Assembly (NCBI GenBank): GCA_030390025.1
Contig: CM059432.1
Location: 17,982,001 to 18,046,000 of the forward strand
Direction: 5' to 3'
Source: Squalus acanthias
Taxonomy: Eukaryota
DNA length: 64,000 bases
Shown here: one piece after another, positions 40,743 to 53,089 of the stretch
Layout of the letters: each line of letters starts with the position of its first letter
How positions within the stretch are numbered: the stretch's first letter is position 1
Made by a program: the position numbers and the translations under genes
The notes under the pieces: generated by a model
Seen by the model: the letters and a program-made list of their open reading frames with translations, nothing else
Databases searched by the model: none
Told to the model about the DNA's origin: nothing

Positions 40743-42664
40743 CCAGAGATCATTGCTTAACTGACATGAATGGTCAAGAATATTTGTGCAGAAATGGAGT
40801 ACACATACTTGTACTCAGAATAGCAGCTGGCATATTTTAGCTACAAAGCCATTAAAAAAAAAGGTTACAGTAGAATATGTTTTACGAAATAAACAAACTT
40901 GGCATGTAAGCCACCATTCTGAGCCTCTAAAGGACCATCTGTTCAGGAGTTCCGATTGCTGTCATGCTGTTTGTACTACTATTCGTGGTTGCCAAGTCTA
41001 CAGTCACACGCTACTTTTGCATTCTTCAAGTGATCACATCATTGATTCTGCCTGCACACAAAGCTGGTGGCAGAGCTGAACTAAACTTCACATCAGAACA
41101 TGCCAAAAGCTCTTAATCAAAAAGCTTGTTGTGTCACTTTAATTTTACTGGTTCCTTTTTTAAAAGCTCCGTACATTATGCGATACATTAACGTAGTGTG
41201 CAATTGAAGCCCTTGACAAGTTTTAAAATAAATTAACTTCTAAGATTTTCCTTTTAAACAGATCATAAAATACTGAAGAACTAAATGCTCGAAAGGTTCA
41301 TTCTGATTTAAACTGCAGAACAGAAATAATTTTACCACGTGTTAGGGCTCTCAGTGCAGTGGAACTGCCCCATTTAAATTGTGGGTCAATTCCAGGGCAC
41401 CAAAAATAGCACGTGCAGATCTTGAAATTATATAATAAACACTGATTTTCTAGCTGTGTACTTGTCCTGGTGTCAGGGAGGATCTGTGAATGGCAGTAAT
41501 GAGAAAAACAATATTGCTGGCCTGGATGAGAGGGCGGAACACTCGATTTTGTCCGCAACCGGAAAAGGGCCCAGAATTTCTTGCAACGGAGAGTAAATTT
41601 TGCTGTTTTGCATGCTGATCTAGTCGTTGTGAATTGACTCCAAAGTTTTGTAGGAAACCAATATGAATAGGCCGCTGCGAGGATAGTGGCAAATCAGAAA
41701 CAGCACAACTGTTCCGAAGTAGGCCAACAGGTCAGCTTCATTTGTACAGGCAGGCTTTCGAAGACCTGTGCCATATTATTTACAAGTTTTAAAATTAAAT
41801 TAAAAATACTGGAATTCGAAAATAGATACAGTTGCTTCATTTGCTAATTGGAAACAAAGCTTTTTTCCGAGCTGAATACAGGGTTGGCTTTAGGTTTCAT
41901 CGTCTTGGGCCTAAAGTGCCTACTCTAATCTATCCCACTGGCTCGAGAGAGTCGATTTATACATCATGACATCTTAATCATGGACACTGTTGGAGATCGG
42001 ATGTAATATTACTAAATACAGACTCTCGTTTCCATTTTCTTTGTAAAGACGTGATTCATGAATGCTTTGCAAGTGGATATGAGGTATATATGTTAATTGT
42101 ATACAGTGCATTAACATTGTACTCTGCTTGTGATTAACCAGAATAACCATTAATATGTCCAGAGTTAAGCAGCTATGTTTTTTTGTGGAACAACCCAAAA
42201 TATATATTTACAATTATTTGCTTTAATATGGACTCATGATGTTGTAACAGTGGAATGGTACCACGTCAGAGCAATAGAATCTAGGCGTTGGTGTAAATTA
42301 CAGCACACATTTCACTCCTAGTAATGCTTCGTGGCGAGAGCTAAATCCAATGTAAACCCAGCAGCAGCTCAGTCAGACACTTCAACTGCTCGTCAATTTG
42401 TTTATAGGCTCCATTCAGGAGACCCCTCAGGTTTTTCGTACAAGGGGGCAGGTAAATTTGTTTCAGTGCATAAAAGATCAGTTTTCCAATATATCACTCT
42501 CTCAAACAAAAGATTGCTAGATTGTCCTTCAAATATTAAGTATGGAGATATCTTTGGAAATACTTTTTTTAAATTGTAAAATTTTTTTTTAATGTAAAGC
42601 GTGACTTAAGTATCATCTCACTTTTGAGAAAGATCAGAGGGAAATGTCAGGCACAGCATCAGCA

Positions 42665-43413
42665 TAAGCAGTTAGGAAGGCAAATGGTATGTTGGCCTTC
42701 ATTGCAAGAGGTTTTGAGTACAGGAGCAAGGATGTCTTACTACAGTTATACAGGGCCTTGGTGAGATCACACCTGGAGTACTGTGTGCAGTTTTGGTCTC
42801 CTTACCTAAGAAAGGATATACTTGCCATAGAGGGAGTGCAGCGAAGGTTCACCAGACTGATTCCTGGGATGGCAGGACTGTCGTATGAGGAGAGATTGGG
42901 TCGACTAGGTCTGTATTCACTAGAGTTTAGAAGAATGAGAGGGGATTTCATTGAAATGTATAAAATTCTGACAGGGCTAGACAGACTGGATGCAGGGAGG
43001 ATGTTTCCCCTGGCTGGGGGTCTAGAACAAGGGGTCACAGTCTCAGGATACGGGGTAGGACATTTAGGACTGAGATGAGGAGAAATTTCTTCACTGAGGG
43101 TGGTTAACCTGTGGAATTCTCTACCACAGAAGGCTGTGGAGGCCAAGTCACTGAATATATTTAAGAAGGAGATAGATAGATTTCTAGACACAAAAGGCAT
43201 TAAGGGGTATGGGGAGAGTGCGGGAATATGGTAATGAGATAGAGGATCAGCCATGATCATATTGAATGGACTCATCAGTCACCTGCGAACTCATTTTTAA
43301 TGTGGAAGCAAGTCATCCTCGGTTCCGAGGGACTGCCTAAGAGAAGAAGAATGGCGGAGCAGGCTCGAAGGGCCGAATGGCCTACTCCTGCTCCTATTTT
43401 TCTATGTTTCTAT
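42665..43413 (+). mobile_element. CR1 LINE 3' fragment containing a nested RTE tail
   Basis: MLAFIARGFEYRSKDVLLQLYRALVRSHLEYCVQFWSP...; tail ttctatgtttctatg. Confidence 0.92.
43270..43348 (+). mobile_element. Very short RTE 3' end inserted in the CR1 3' UTR
   Basis: Matches the reverse complement of ~29815-29895; flanked by gaatgg at 43264-43269 and 43349-43354. Confidence 0.88.
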
Positions 43414-46400
43414 GGCATTTATCTTCTGAACACATTTAAAATTGTTTTCACTATTTTCTTCAGTAGTAAAGTCATTTCAGTTGGAGTGTTTTGGGAAAAA
43501 TAAACGGATTGCAACTTAACTTGGTGTGATAAATTGTTGGTCAGCTATTGAAAATACGATCATTTATTTAGCAATTAAATCTAGTTTTATTTCAGCAATG
43601 CAAACTTGGGTCACCTGGTGACCAAGGGACTTCCTGCGTGATCTTAATCAGCGACAAAACGAGTGCAGAACGAGGAAATCTGCTATTGCCACAGTCTTGA
43701 ATAGGGGAGGAGCCATAATAAACTTTGAATTGTTTTGCTCAGGGTTTAGGCAGAGAGGGGAAAATGGCTCAGGATATTTTGGTGTGGCGTAAAAACTAGA
43801 GTAACTGCCGTTTGCCATAGTTTCCTGAAAAGTCTGTGCTAGAATAATGGAGTGGGCTGTGAAATCGGCATTACTATAGCGCTAGTTTTCAGGAAATTCC
43901 AGGCCGTGGAGCCCTGTCGCTGCCATATACTTTCAGTAGTACAAAGGAAAAGATTACCATCTGCTTGGGGGCACCAATACCGTCTCATTTATATTACACC
44001 ACTGCCACTGAAGCCAGTGATAATACACACACAAAACAGCAAATTTATACCACATCCCCTCAAAAACCGTTTTTTAGGTCTTAAACCATAACATTTTATG
44101 GTTATTATTCAATTGAAATGCTTATAGTTGAAGTACATGATGGTGATTTCAATCGCAGAAGGGTCATAATAAAACAGGCACGTAAACTACTAATTTGAAA
44201 TTTCTATGTACACTCTCCCCCTCCCTTCAGTCTAGTGCTCCTGAAACTCAGACAATAATCTTGTAAACATTGGCATATATGGCTCAAGAAAAGAGATCCG
44301 AATAGCATCAAGCAGCACAAGAGCAAACCATGTTCTAAAGCCTTCCAATTTATTTCTCTACTCCTGCAAAATTAAGCTTGTACCCAATTGTGCATATTGC
44401 AGATGCTTTTCTGAATCAGATTAAGAACGTACAAGTATGGAAATAAAAGGCACCCCTCCAGTACAGACAGATCATGCACAGTTCACTTCCTTAATTGACC
44501 TTACCTAAATTAATTACCGAAATTCTGTCATCCTAGTTGCTCAAGAAGCAATATTTTGCAAACAACGTGGCCCATCTCCATCTATATACATCGTTAAAAT
44601 CCTATTCCTAATCAGATATTCAGCATTCTTTTAAGAAATCAGCATGGCGGAAATTGCTTTATCTGGGAGGTTATTTCACATATCAACAATTCTAGACTTC
44701 AAGCAGGTACACAATTTAGTTTGGACAGATGATTCTAGGGGCTGCTACAACCTTATCAATTAGCTGGAAAAGATTACCAGACTGTTAAATGAGATGCAGC
44801 AGTTGATAAAAGCATGGCAGAATTGCAGAGAAAATCATCACAACACTCCACTGAACAAAGAGCTGCTTAAGGAAAAGACCGAGGGCAACGAAAAGAAATT
44901 CTCACGTGAGGCTGTGCATACTTGCACTGGTTGAAAGTTCATCTCATTTTGCACGAAGTCCTCTGAACTGCATAAATGTTCCTTTATACCACGGGCTACA
45001 TTGTTCAGTCTGCGAGATAAACACCCATCAAATGATTTTTAACTGAATTATTTTAGTTTCCTTTGCAGGCATATCAGAACGCACTAAATGCTGAAAATCC
45101 AACAGCTGTTTCCCTTTCATTTGCACTATAGGAAACCACACACTAAAACAAGCGTTTCCTTAGCAACCACACCACCACCAATACGCAGGGGACTGAAGTC
45201 AACCAATTGAAGATGCTCCATTTTACCCTCGGTCATGACAACAGCACCAATGATTTTTTTTGCTGCCTTGATGGATCATATCTTCATTTTTCCCTACTTC
45301 AGCGCTTTACATTTTTCTCTATTAATACTATAAGCTTAAAGGCCTGAATTATTCAATTTGCAGCCACAGTAAACACATAAAAAGACCTACTGTACACCGT
45401 ATTTCTCTAACAGTTTAATCTGATACAACAGACTTGTAAGGAACAAGTTTCGCAAAACATTGCATTTGACACCTTCTGTTGAAACCAATAGATTAAGTAA
45501 TCTTTCCGAGAAGTTGAAGGCAAGTTCTTTTTTGTCTCTGGTTTCAGTTTTTAAAAACACACATAAGCGATCCGATTTAAACGTTTGAGCTGTCCATAGG
45601 ACTCAGTTAGACACCTGGTTTGAACATCTACGTAAAATATCTAATGCTGCAGCATGGGGATCGGGAGCAGGCTTTCTAAACTAAACTGTTCTTGCACCTC
45701 TCGGCAGCCTTGCCCTGAAGTTCAAGGTTTTTGAACAGATTCAAACATTCAATGATGCAGTCTAACCAGTCATTATCGAATGTAAAATTACTGACCCACG
45801 GCTAACTTTGTGAACGGACACTGAGCTTTTTGAACAAACTACAGAGTAAAATATTAGACTTTGATTTTCAAAATTATAGGCTAGGCAGACCCTCAAAAAA
45901 AATACCTGCAGTGCTCTTAGCCTTGAAGCTGTAAATACTGTGTTTTACATACTGTGTGCGCATTTTATACTTTTGTAAAATGGTCTACATTCTTTTCATG
46001 GTCGACACAGCAATGTTTTTAAAATAAGTTCTTAAAAAAAAAACCTGGTTATTTTCCAGTAATCTAATGTACAAGTGAATTCTACAATTTTTCAGCTGGG
46101 GGGGGGGGCGGGGGAAAGAGAGAAGAGTGTCATTTTATCTGCTGAATTGAGCATTCTGGCAAAAGAAAATCAAAATGCTTTCCACTGTCAGCAACTCATA
46201 AGAACAATGGGTCAGATACTGTTTATGGTTAAACTAACTTTGCTGTATACATTACAACAACTAATGGATACAGAGTGATTTCAATGTAACCACCCCAACC
46301 ACTTACTCACTGTATAAAACATGATTAAAAGCAGATTATACACAGGATGTTGGATGACTGTCAATAACTTTCACAAAGCAGTAATTCAATCAAGACGTTC

Positions 46401-46896
46401 TGACGGCATAACCTTGTGCATATAAACCAACCTAACTCACAGCGCATCAGGTAGATTAAATTACTACCTTAAATTTACTGCTAAGCATTTTGATTACGGT
46501 GTGTTTCTTTGGTGACCTGTTCCCAGGCTGTTCAATATGACTGCTAGTCTGACCTCTGGGATGTGCATGAGAATATCTATGCCGACTCCCTTCAATCTTC
46601 CCCCACTTACTTGTGGGAAGCATCTGGTCTTTGCTTGGCTCCTCCCCACAACAGTGCAACTTGCAACGTATATCGCTTGGGAATTATGCACAAGAATCCC
46701 ACATCCCTTCAGCACATTGCTGCACTGCTCCAAAAATCAGCTTGAAATTTAATATATAAAAAGGGTTAGCTAAAATATGAACATCTTTTCTCTTTACCAA
46801 TGGTAACTGATCAGTCTATTGCCAGCATTTTATGTTGTCGTTTCCAATCTTGCTGAGGTTGTTAAATGCTGAAACAACTACTTAGGGGGATCAAAT

Positions 46897-47465
46897 CATA
46901 GATATTTACAGCACAGAAGGAGGCCATTTGGCCCATCTTGTCCGTGCCGGCAGACAAAGAGCTAGCCACCCTAATCCCACTTTCCAGCACTTGGTCCGTA
47001 GCCTTGGATATGCACTTGAAGTGCCATAACCTGCAAGTACTTTTTAAATGTGATGAGGGTCTCTGCCTCTACCACCCTTTCAGGCAGTGAGTTCCAGACC
47101 CCCATCACCTTCTGGGAGTACAAATTTCTCCTCAAATTTCCTCTAAACCTGCAACCAATTACTTTAAATCTATGTCCCCTGGTTATTGACCCTTCTGTTA
47201 AGGGAAATAGGTCCTTCCTATCCACTCTATCTAGGCCCCTCATAATTTTAAATACCTCAATTAGGTCTCCCGTCAGCCTCCTCTGTTCCAAAGAAAACAA
47301 CCCCATCCTATCCAATCTTTCCTCATAGCTAAAATTCTCCAGTCCTGGCAACATCCTCGTAAATCTCCTCTGTACCCTCTCCAGTGCAATCACATCCTCC
47401 CTGTAATGTGGTGACCAGAACTGCACGCAGTATCCTAGCTGTGGCCTAACTAGTGTTTTATACAG
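46897..47465 (-). mobile_element. CR1 LINE 3' fragment
   Basis: 151-aa ORF QFWSPHYREDVIALERVQRRFTR... Confidence 0.92.
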
Positions 47466-48274
47466 TAACTAGCGTTTTATCACTTGTGTCAAATATTAAT
47501 TATGGAAGAGGCACATTTTCCTATTCAAATTTAGCACCAAGGTTTTAGATACTTCGGCTTTTGGCATAATTGCACATATTGTAATATTATTATCTGATGC
47601 AAATAATTAAGAGCTGGTGAATCTGTAGTGGTCATAACATTTTGTTTTACATCCTATAGGGTAGATACATAAATTGGAACACAAAAAAAAACACAGGTCC
47701 CATGTTTGATCAGTGACTCACTTACTGGCAAATTTACTGTTGCGGACCATTACTCAACCACAACATGCAAATTGTATGACACCAAACAAAAAGAGAACAC
47801 AAGTCAGTCCATAAATAGGAAACATTAAAATAAAAAATCTGCACTCACACATCCTGCTAAATGTGGTACAAGATAAAATCCTAGTTTAATAGTGTAAATC
47901 CAATTTTCATATATCCTACCTTTTTCAATAAATAACTGCTAAAAGAATGCATGTATACTCCACAAACTGATTGGGGACAAACTCTCCCCAAGTTCGCTGG
48001 TTCTTCGCTTCCTGATGAAATGTATTTTTTTTTTAAAACTGCTTATACATTCCGATATCTCTTGTAACTGTAATTGACTGAACTACAGTGAAACACATCC
48101 TTAAAAAAACCTGCTAATTTATTATTCAAAAATGTTAAATAGTTGCACTTAGTAAAAACTTCATACCATGTGTACAATGGCAAATGAAAAAACAGGTTAA
48201 AGGTTCAAATGGTTTCCACCAGAGATTATGACTTGTCTTCTCTTTTCAAATCGCAATAGATCTGCTATGTCTAT

Positions 48275-48652
48275 TTTTAAATTCATTGTCGGATGTGGTC
48301 GTTGCTGGCAAGGCGAGCATTTATTACCCATCCCTAGTTGCTCAGAGTAGGTGGTGGTGGGCTGCATTCTTTAACTGAGTGGCTTGTTAGGACACAGAGG
48401 GCCGTTAAGAGTCATGTTACTGTGCGAATGAAGTCACATATAGGTCAGACTGGGTAAGGTCAGCAGGCTTCCTTCCGTAAAGGACATTAGTGAACAAGTT
48501 TTTTTTTGGACAATCTGAATGTTTTATGGTCACTTATACTGATACCATTTTAAAAATAAACTGAATTCAAATTCTCAGGCTGCCAACGTGGGATTTAAAC
48601 TCACCTTCTCTGGATCACTAGTCCAGTAACATAACCACTACACTACTGTACC
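48275..48652 (-). mobile_element. SINE family B
   Basis: Minus-strand head gtagtggttatgttactggactagtgatccag; tail ctagggatgggtaataaatgct. Confidence 0.7.
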
Positions 48653-48679
48653 AGTATCTTTCTTTTGTTAATTTTGCGC

Positions 48680-49430
48680 TCAACAACAACTTGCATTTAT
48701 ATAGCGCCTTTAACGTAGTAAAACATCCCAAGGTGCTTCACAAGAAGGTTATAAAACAAAATTTGACAGTCACATAAGAATGGGCAGATGACCAAAAGCT
48801 TTGTCAAAGAGGTAGGTTTTAAGGAGCGTCTTAAAAGGAGGAGAGTTAGAGAGACGGAGAGGTTTAGGGAGGGAATTCTACGGCCTCAGCAGCTGAAGGC
48901 ACGGCTGAGTGATTAAAATCGGGGATGTGCAAGAGGCCAGGATTGAAGGAGCACAGATATCGGAGGGTTGTAGGACTGGAAGAGATTACAGAAATAGGGT
49001 GGGGCAAGACCATAGAGGGATTTGAAAACAAGTATGAGAATTTTAAAACTGAGGCATTGCTTAACCGGGAGCCAATGTAGGTCAGTGAGCATAGGGGTGA
49101 ATAGGACTTGGAGAGAGTTAGGATACAGGCAGCAGAGTTTTGGATGAGTTTAAGTTTATGGAGGGTGGAGGATGGGAGGCCGGCCAGGAGTGCGTTGGAA
49201 CAGTCAAGTCTAGAGGTAACAAAGGCATGGATGAGGGTTTCACCAGCAGATGAGCCGAGGCAGGGCAGAGTCGGGCGATATTACGGAGGTAGAAATAGGC
49301 GGTCTTAGTGATGGTGCAGATGTGTGGTCAGAAGCTCATCTTGGGGTCAAATACGACACCAAGGTTGTGAACAGTCTGGTTCAGCCTCAGACAGTTGCCA
49401 GGGAGAGGGATGGAGTCAGTGGCTAGAGAA
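48680..49430 (-). mobile_element. L2 LINE 3' fragment
   Basis: Minus strand encodes HAFVTSRLDCSNALLAG; tail ggcgctatataaatgcaagttgttgttg. Confidence 0.85.
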
Positions 49431-50633
49431 CCTCATCAAATGAGAGTAGAACACTTTCCATTTTAGTTATCCAGTGTTACTCCAAGTTCACATTTAGTAC
49501 AGCTAAAGAGTAAGCTTTATTCTGCACTCCCCAGTAACCAGCCTTAATCCCAACCTCACTGCACCATCCTCCATGCCAGCTAGGCTGAGAGTGTGTCAAT
49601 TAGAGGCAGGTTTGTGTTGTGGACTTTTACTAGGAACTGGACCAAAATTACCCAAACAGGTTTCACATTTGAACCTTACAGCCAGCGGACTTTCATCTCA
49701 AATCTTCAATACATTTGAACCCAGTTATCAAAGGTGTGAAGGCAATGTCTAAAGCACTGCACCAGCCATTCCATCCCTATACTGGGGATATAAATGCATG
49801 ACTTATACTTGATGGATTCATCTCCACATACAGAATTCTGCTTTTGTGGCGCATAAACTAGCAGATATTGTGGCTGCGTGCAGTATCATTTGTAAGGCAG
49901 TGAATGGGCCATACTGACATCAGTTCAAACCATTTTGGTACATTTGTATTTAGTTGGTGTTTATTGAAGTTGGTCTCAAAGTATATTTTAAGCGAATTGC
50001 AGTGTCTTACTTTTTTTCGCCCCTTTTTCTTAGAGATTAGGACTGCAACAAAAACACATGAATGAGAAGTAAACGATTCATTGGTTTAAAATGCTGCTGG
50101 AATAAGGGTTCTTGTTAAATAGAGTACTGAACTGTTGACTGTCAACTTGAACAAAATACTGCAGGCAGTAACCTAAATACGATTTCTCTTTCTTTGTTCT
50201 TGGCAGCAAGATCAACTGGTGGAGCAGCTGATTTCCTTCTGCACGTAGCTCAAAGTCGAATATTTTGTTTTTCTCAGAATTGCTTATCCTCTGAAATGAA
50301 ACAGAACTCCGTATCATTCAGACAACACACGCATGACTAATACTCTAAGGGTTAATTATTTTAAGCGCACACTCCACCTTTTTTTCTAGGTAATCCACTT
50401 CATCTCTAATCCCTCTCGCACAAACATGAAATTGCTTCCCCACCATACAGTTCCCTAGTAACTTGGCCACTAGCTAATGAAATTCATGCAATGAGAACAG
50501 CCTCATCTTCGTAATCACCTAATCTACATCGAGTAATTTACAATAGCAAAATGCTGCGGATGCTGGAAATCTGAAATAACAGAAAATGCTGGAAACACTC
50601 AGCAGGTCAGGCAGCATCTGTGGAGAGAAACAG

Positions 50634-50670
50634 AGTTAACGTTTCAGGTCTGTGACCCTTCGTCAGAACT
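50634..50670 (-). ncRNA. Putative minimal type I hammerhead ribozyme (host-gene sense strand)
   Basis: Exact reverse complement of the 50833-50869 motif. Confidence 0.7.
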
Positions 50671-50832
50671 GGAAAAAGTTAGAGATGTAACAGATTTTAA
50701 GCAGGGGCAGGGAAAGGGAAAGGGGAGGGGAGGGGAGGAAAGAAGAGAGACGGTCCCTTTTGTTCTTTCCTCCCCATCCCTCCCCCCTTTCCCTGCCCCT
50801 GTTTAAAATCGGTTACATCTCTAACATTTTCC

Positions 50833-50869
50833 AGTTCTGACGAAGGGTCACAGACCTGAAACGTTAACT
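50833..50869 (+). ncRNA. Putative minimal type I hammerhead ribozyme
   Basis: AGTT-CTGACGA-AGGGTC aca GACCT-GAAA-CG-TT-AACT: both catalytic boxes, stem II hairpin, stem I AGTT/AACT, palindromic AACGTT stem III. Confidence 0.7.
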
Positions 50870-51455
50870 CTGTTGCGCTCTCCATGGATGCTGCCTGACC
50901 TGCTGAGTGTTTCCAGCATTTTCTGTTGTTATTTGAGTGGTTTACATTCACTTTTAACTTGGCGCTCTGGCATAAAGTTGGTCACCTCCGAAGATCCGAT
51001 GACATTGGAGACTTGTCGTGGACCCCCATGTGCCATTAATCTCCACTTATTTTTAATGGTAAAGTTATTAGATGAGCAGCAGAACCTGAGGAGCAAGTGC
51101 TGCATGGAGGTTATAGATTTTATTTTCAGCAACACTCTCCTAGGATTGGATATAGATTAAAATTGCCTCAAGGTTTAACATTAACTAGAGAAGGGAATTT
51201 ACTGCATGCCACATGATTGGTACGGACAATAAAAACACCTGCCAAAAGGTATGAATAATAAAGAATAATTCCTAGAATTTTACAGCACATGAGGAAACCA
51301 TTCAGCCCATCACACTTGTGCCAGCTCTCTGAAAGAGCTGTTAATTTAATCCTATTCCCCTGCCATTTTCCCATATCCATTTTCTTTGGCAAATACAGTC
51401 CCCCACCATTTATAGTGAACACGTTGGTGTTAATGCAATTTTCCCACTATACGCC

Positions 51456-51900
51456 GGTCAGCCGTGGCTCAGTTAGTAACAATCTCGTCTGAGTTAGAAG
51501 GTTGTGGGTTCAAGTCCCAATCAAGAGACCTGAACACTGACACTCCAGTGCAGTACTGAGGGAGTGCTGCGCTGTCAGAGGTGCTGTCTTTCGGATGAGA
51601 CGTTAAACAGAGGCCACGTCTGCCCTCTCAGGTGGACGTAAAAGATTCCATGGCATTATTTCGAAGAGGAGCGGGGGCATTTTCCCTGCTGTTCTGGCCA
51701 ATATTTAACCCTCAACCTACGTCACCGAAACAGATTATCGAGCCATAATCACATTGCTGTTTGTGGGTCCTTGCTGTGCACAAATTGGCTGCTGCTTGTC
51801 CTACATTGTAACAGTTACACTTCAGAAGTACTTCATTGGTTGTAAAGCGCTTTGGAACGTCCTGTGGTTCATGAAAGGCGCGCTACAAATGCAAGCCTTT
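51456..51900 (+). mobile_element. Full-length tRNA-derived Deu-domain SINE (SacSINE1/AmnSINE1-related)
   Basis: A box tggctcagttag, B box ggttcaagtcc (51507-51517), core cagtactgagggagtgctgc...gtctttcggatgagacgttaaac, L2-like tail. Confidence 0.82.
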
Positions 51901-52166
51901 CTATACACGGTGGATGGTAAAAACAAAAATGGTATGTACCAAACATATTTTTTTTTAAAACAGGCACTCGCTATTTAGCAACTGCCTCTCCTACTTCTTA
52001 GCAGATGTATCCAAAATCTCATCACCAAGGGAAGTCGCATTTTAATGAGGTACGAACAGCTGATTGAAACTGCTTGAAGACCCAATTTTGGCTTAAATCA
52101 GCAGATCTTTTGAAAATCGGTCAGCACAGTAGAGGGGATTAACAGGAGTGAACAGCTGATTGAAAC

Positions 52167-52366
52167 TAAAGCAAAATACTGCAGATGCTGGAAATCTGAA
52201 ATAAAAACAGAAAATGCTGGAAAACACTCAGCAGGTCAGGCAGCATCTGTGGAGAGAGTTCAGTTCTGATGAAAGGTCAGCGAGCTGAAACGTTAACTTG
52301 GTTTCTCTCTCCACATATGCTGCTGTCTGACCTGCTGAGTGTTTCCCAGCATTTTCTGTTTTATTT
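52167..52366. mobile_element. Palindromic Penelope-like insertion (family A), left arm internally truncated
   Basis: Inverted arms; direct repeat agctgattgaaac at 52154-52166 and 52367-52379; plus-strand agttctgatgaaaggtcagcgagctgaaacgttaact. Confidence 0.8.
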
Positions 52367-53089
52367 AGCTGATTGAAACAAAAGTATTCAATACTGAGCA
52401 TACTTGGCCACACTGCAGCAGGGCAGAAATACAAGCTTCAAATTACAAAGAATCCAATAAAATCTTAAAAAGGGCATCACATAACAAATCTGTCTAGCAC
52501 ATCTACTTTGCACCTGGGCTGCAGGATGGGCACAAGTCACTGAGTGCACTCTAACTTGTGAAATCTCTAGACTACTTCTCTATTTTGTATTACGTTTTAC
52601 TACGTTAAGGACGGTATATAAATGCAAGTTGCTGTTGTCCGATGGCACGCAATAACAGGAACAGATCCAAACTGGAGAAAGGCCAAGAAATTAAATCCCT
52701 CGGTTTCCTTTGAAGAAGCCACATTGGATGTCATTAAGTAGATTACTTAGGCAGTTGGGGGAAAAATAAAGCTAGACGACTCCCATGTCTAACACCATCC
52801 TGTTCTTCAGTTCCCTAACTCAACCACAAAAATATCACACAAGCATATCTCAATACCACCACGGCAACACATGTCCCTCTTCTATTTTAGAAGGTCTGAA
52901 AGACAGCTTGCCAGTAGCACCTCAGTGCAGTTTTGTTATTCTCATCAATTGTCACAAGCACCAGCAAAACTAAACATCCTGGAAGATTTCGATGGTGAGC
53001 TTGGAGACTCATTGTTCAGTTACTTTTCAGCCAAGGTACCAGGGCATACATACAGGACATCACTGTCCAAAAAAGTTCATCTTTGGCCA

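Larger units (their letters stand above)
50543..50934. mobile_element. Long palindromic Penelope-like insertion (family A) with two intact hammerhead motifs
   Basis: Arms of ~175 bp centred near 50752; degenerate direct repeat gagt(aa/gg)tttaca at 50531-50542 and 50935-50946. Confidence 0.82.

Noticed and set aside
51456..51525. tRNA gene
   Set aside because: A and B boxes are present, but the sequence continues into a SINE body and no complete cloverleaf is evident.
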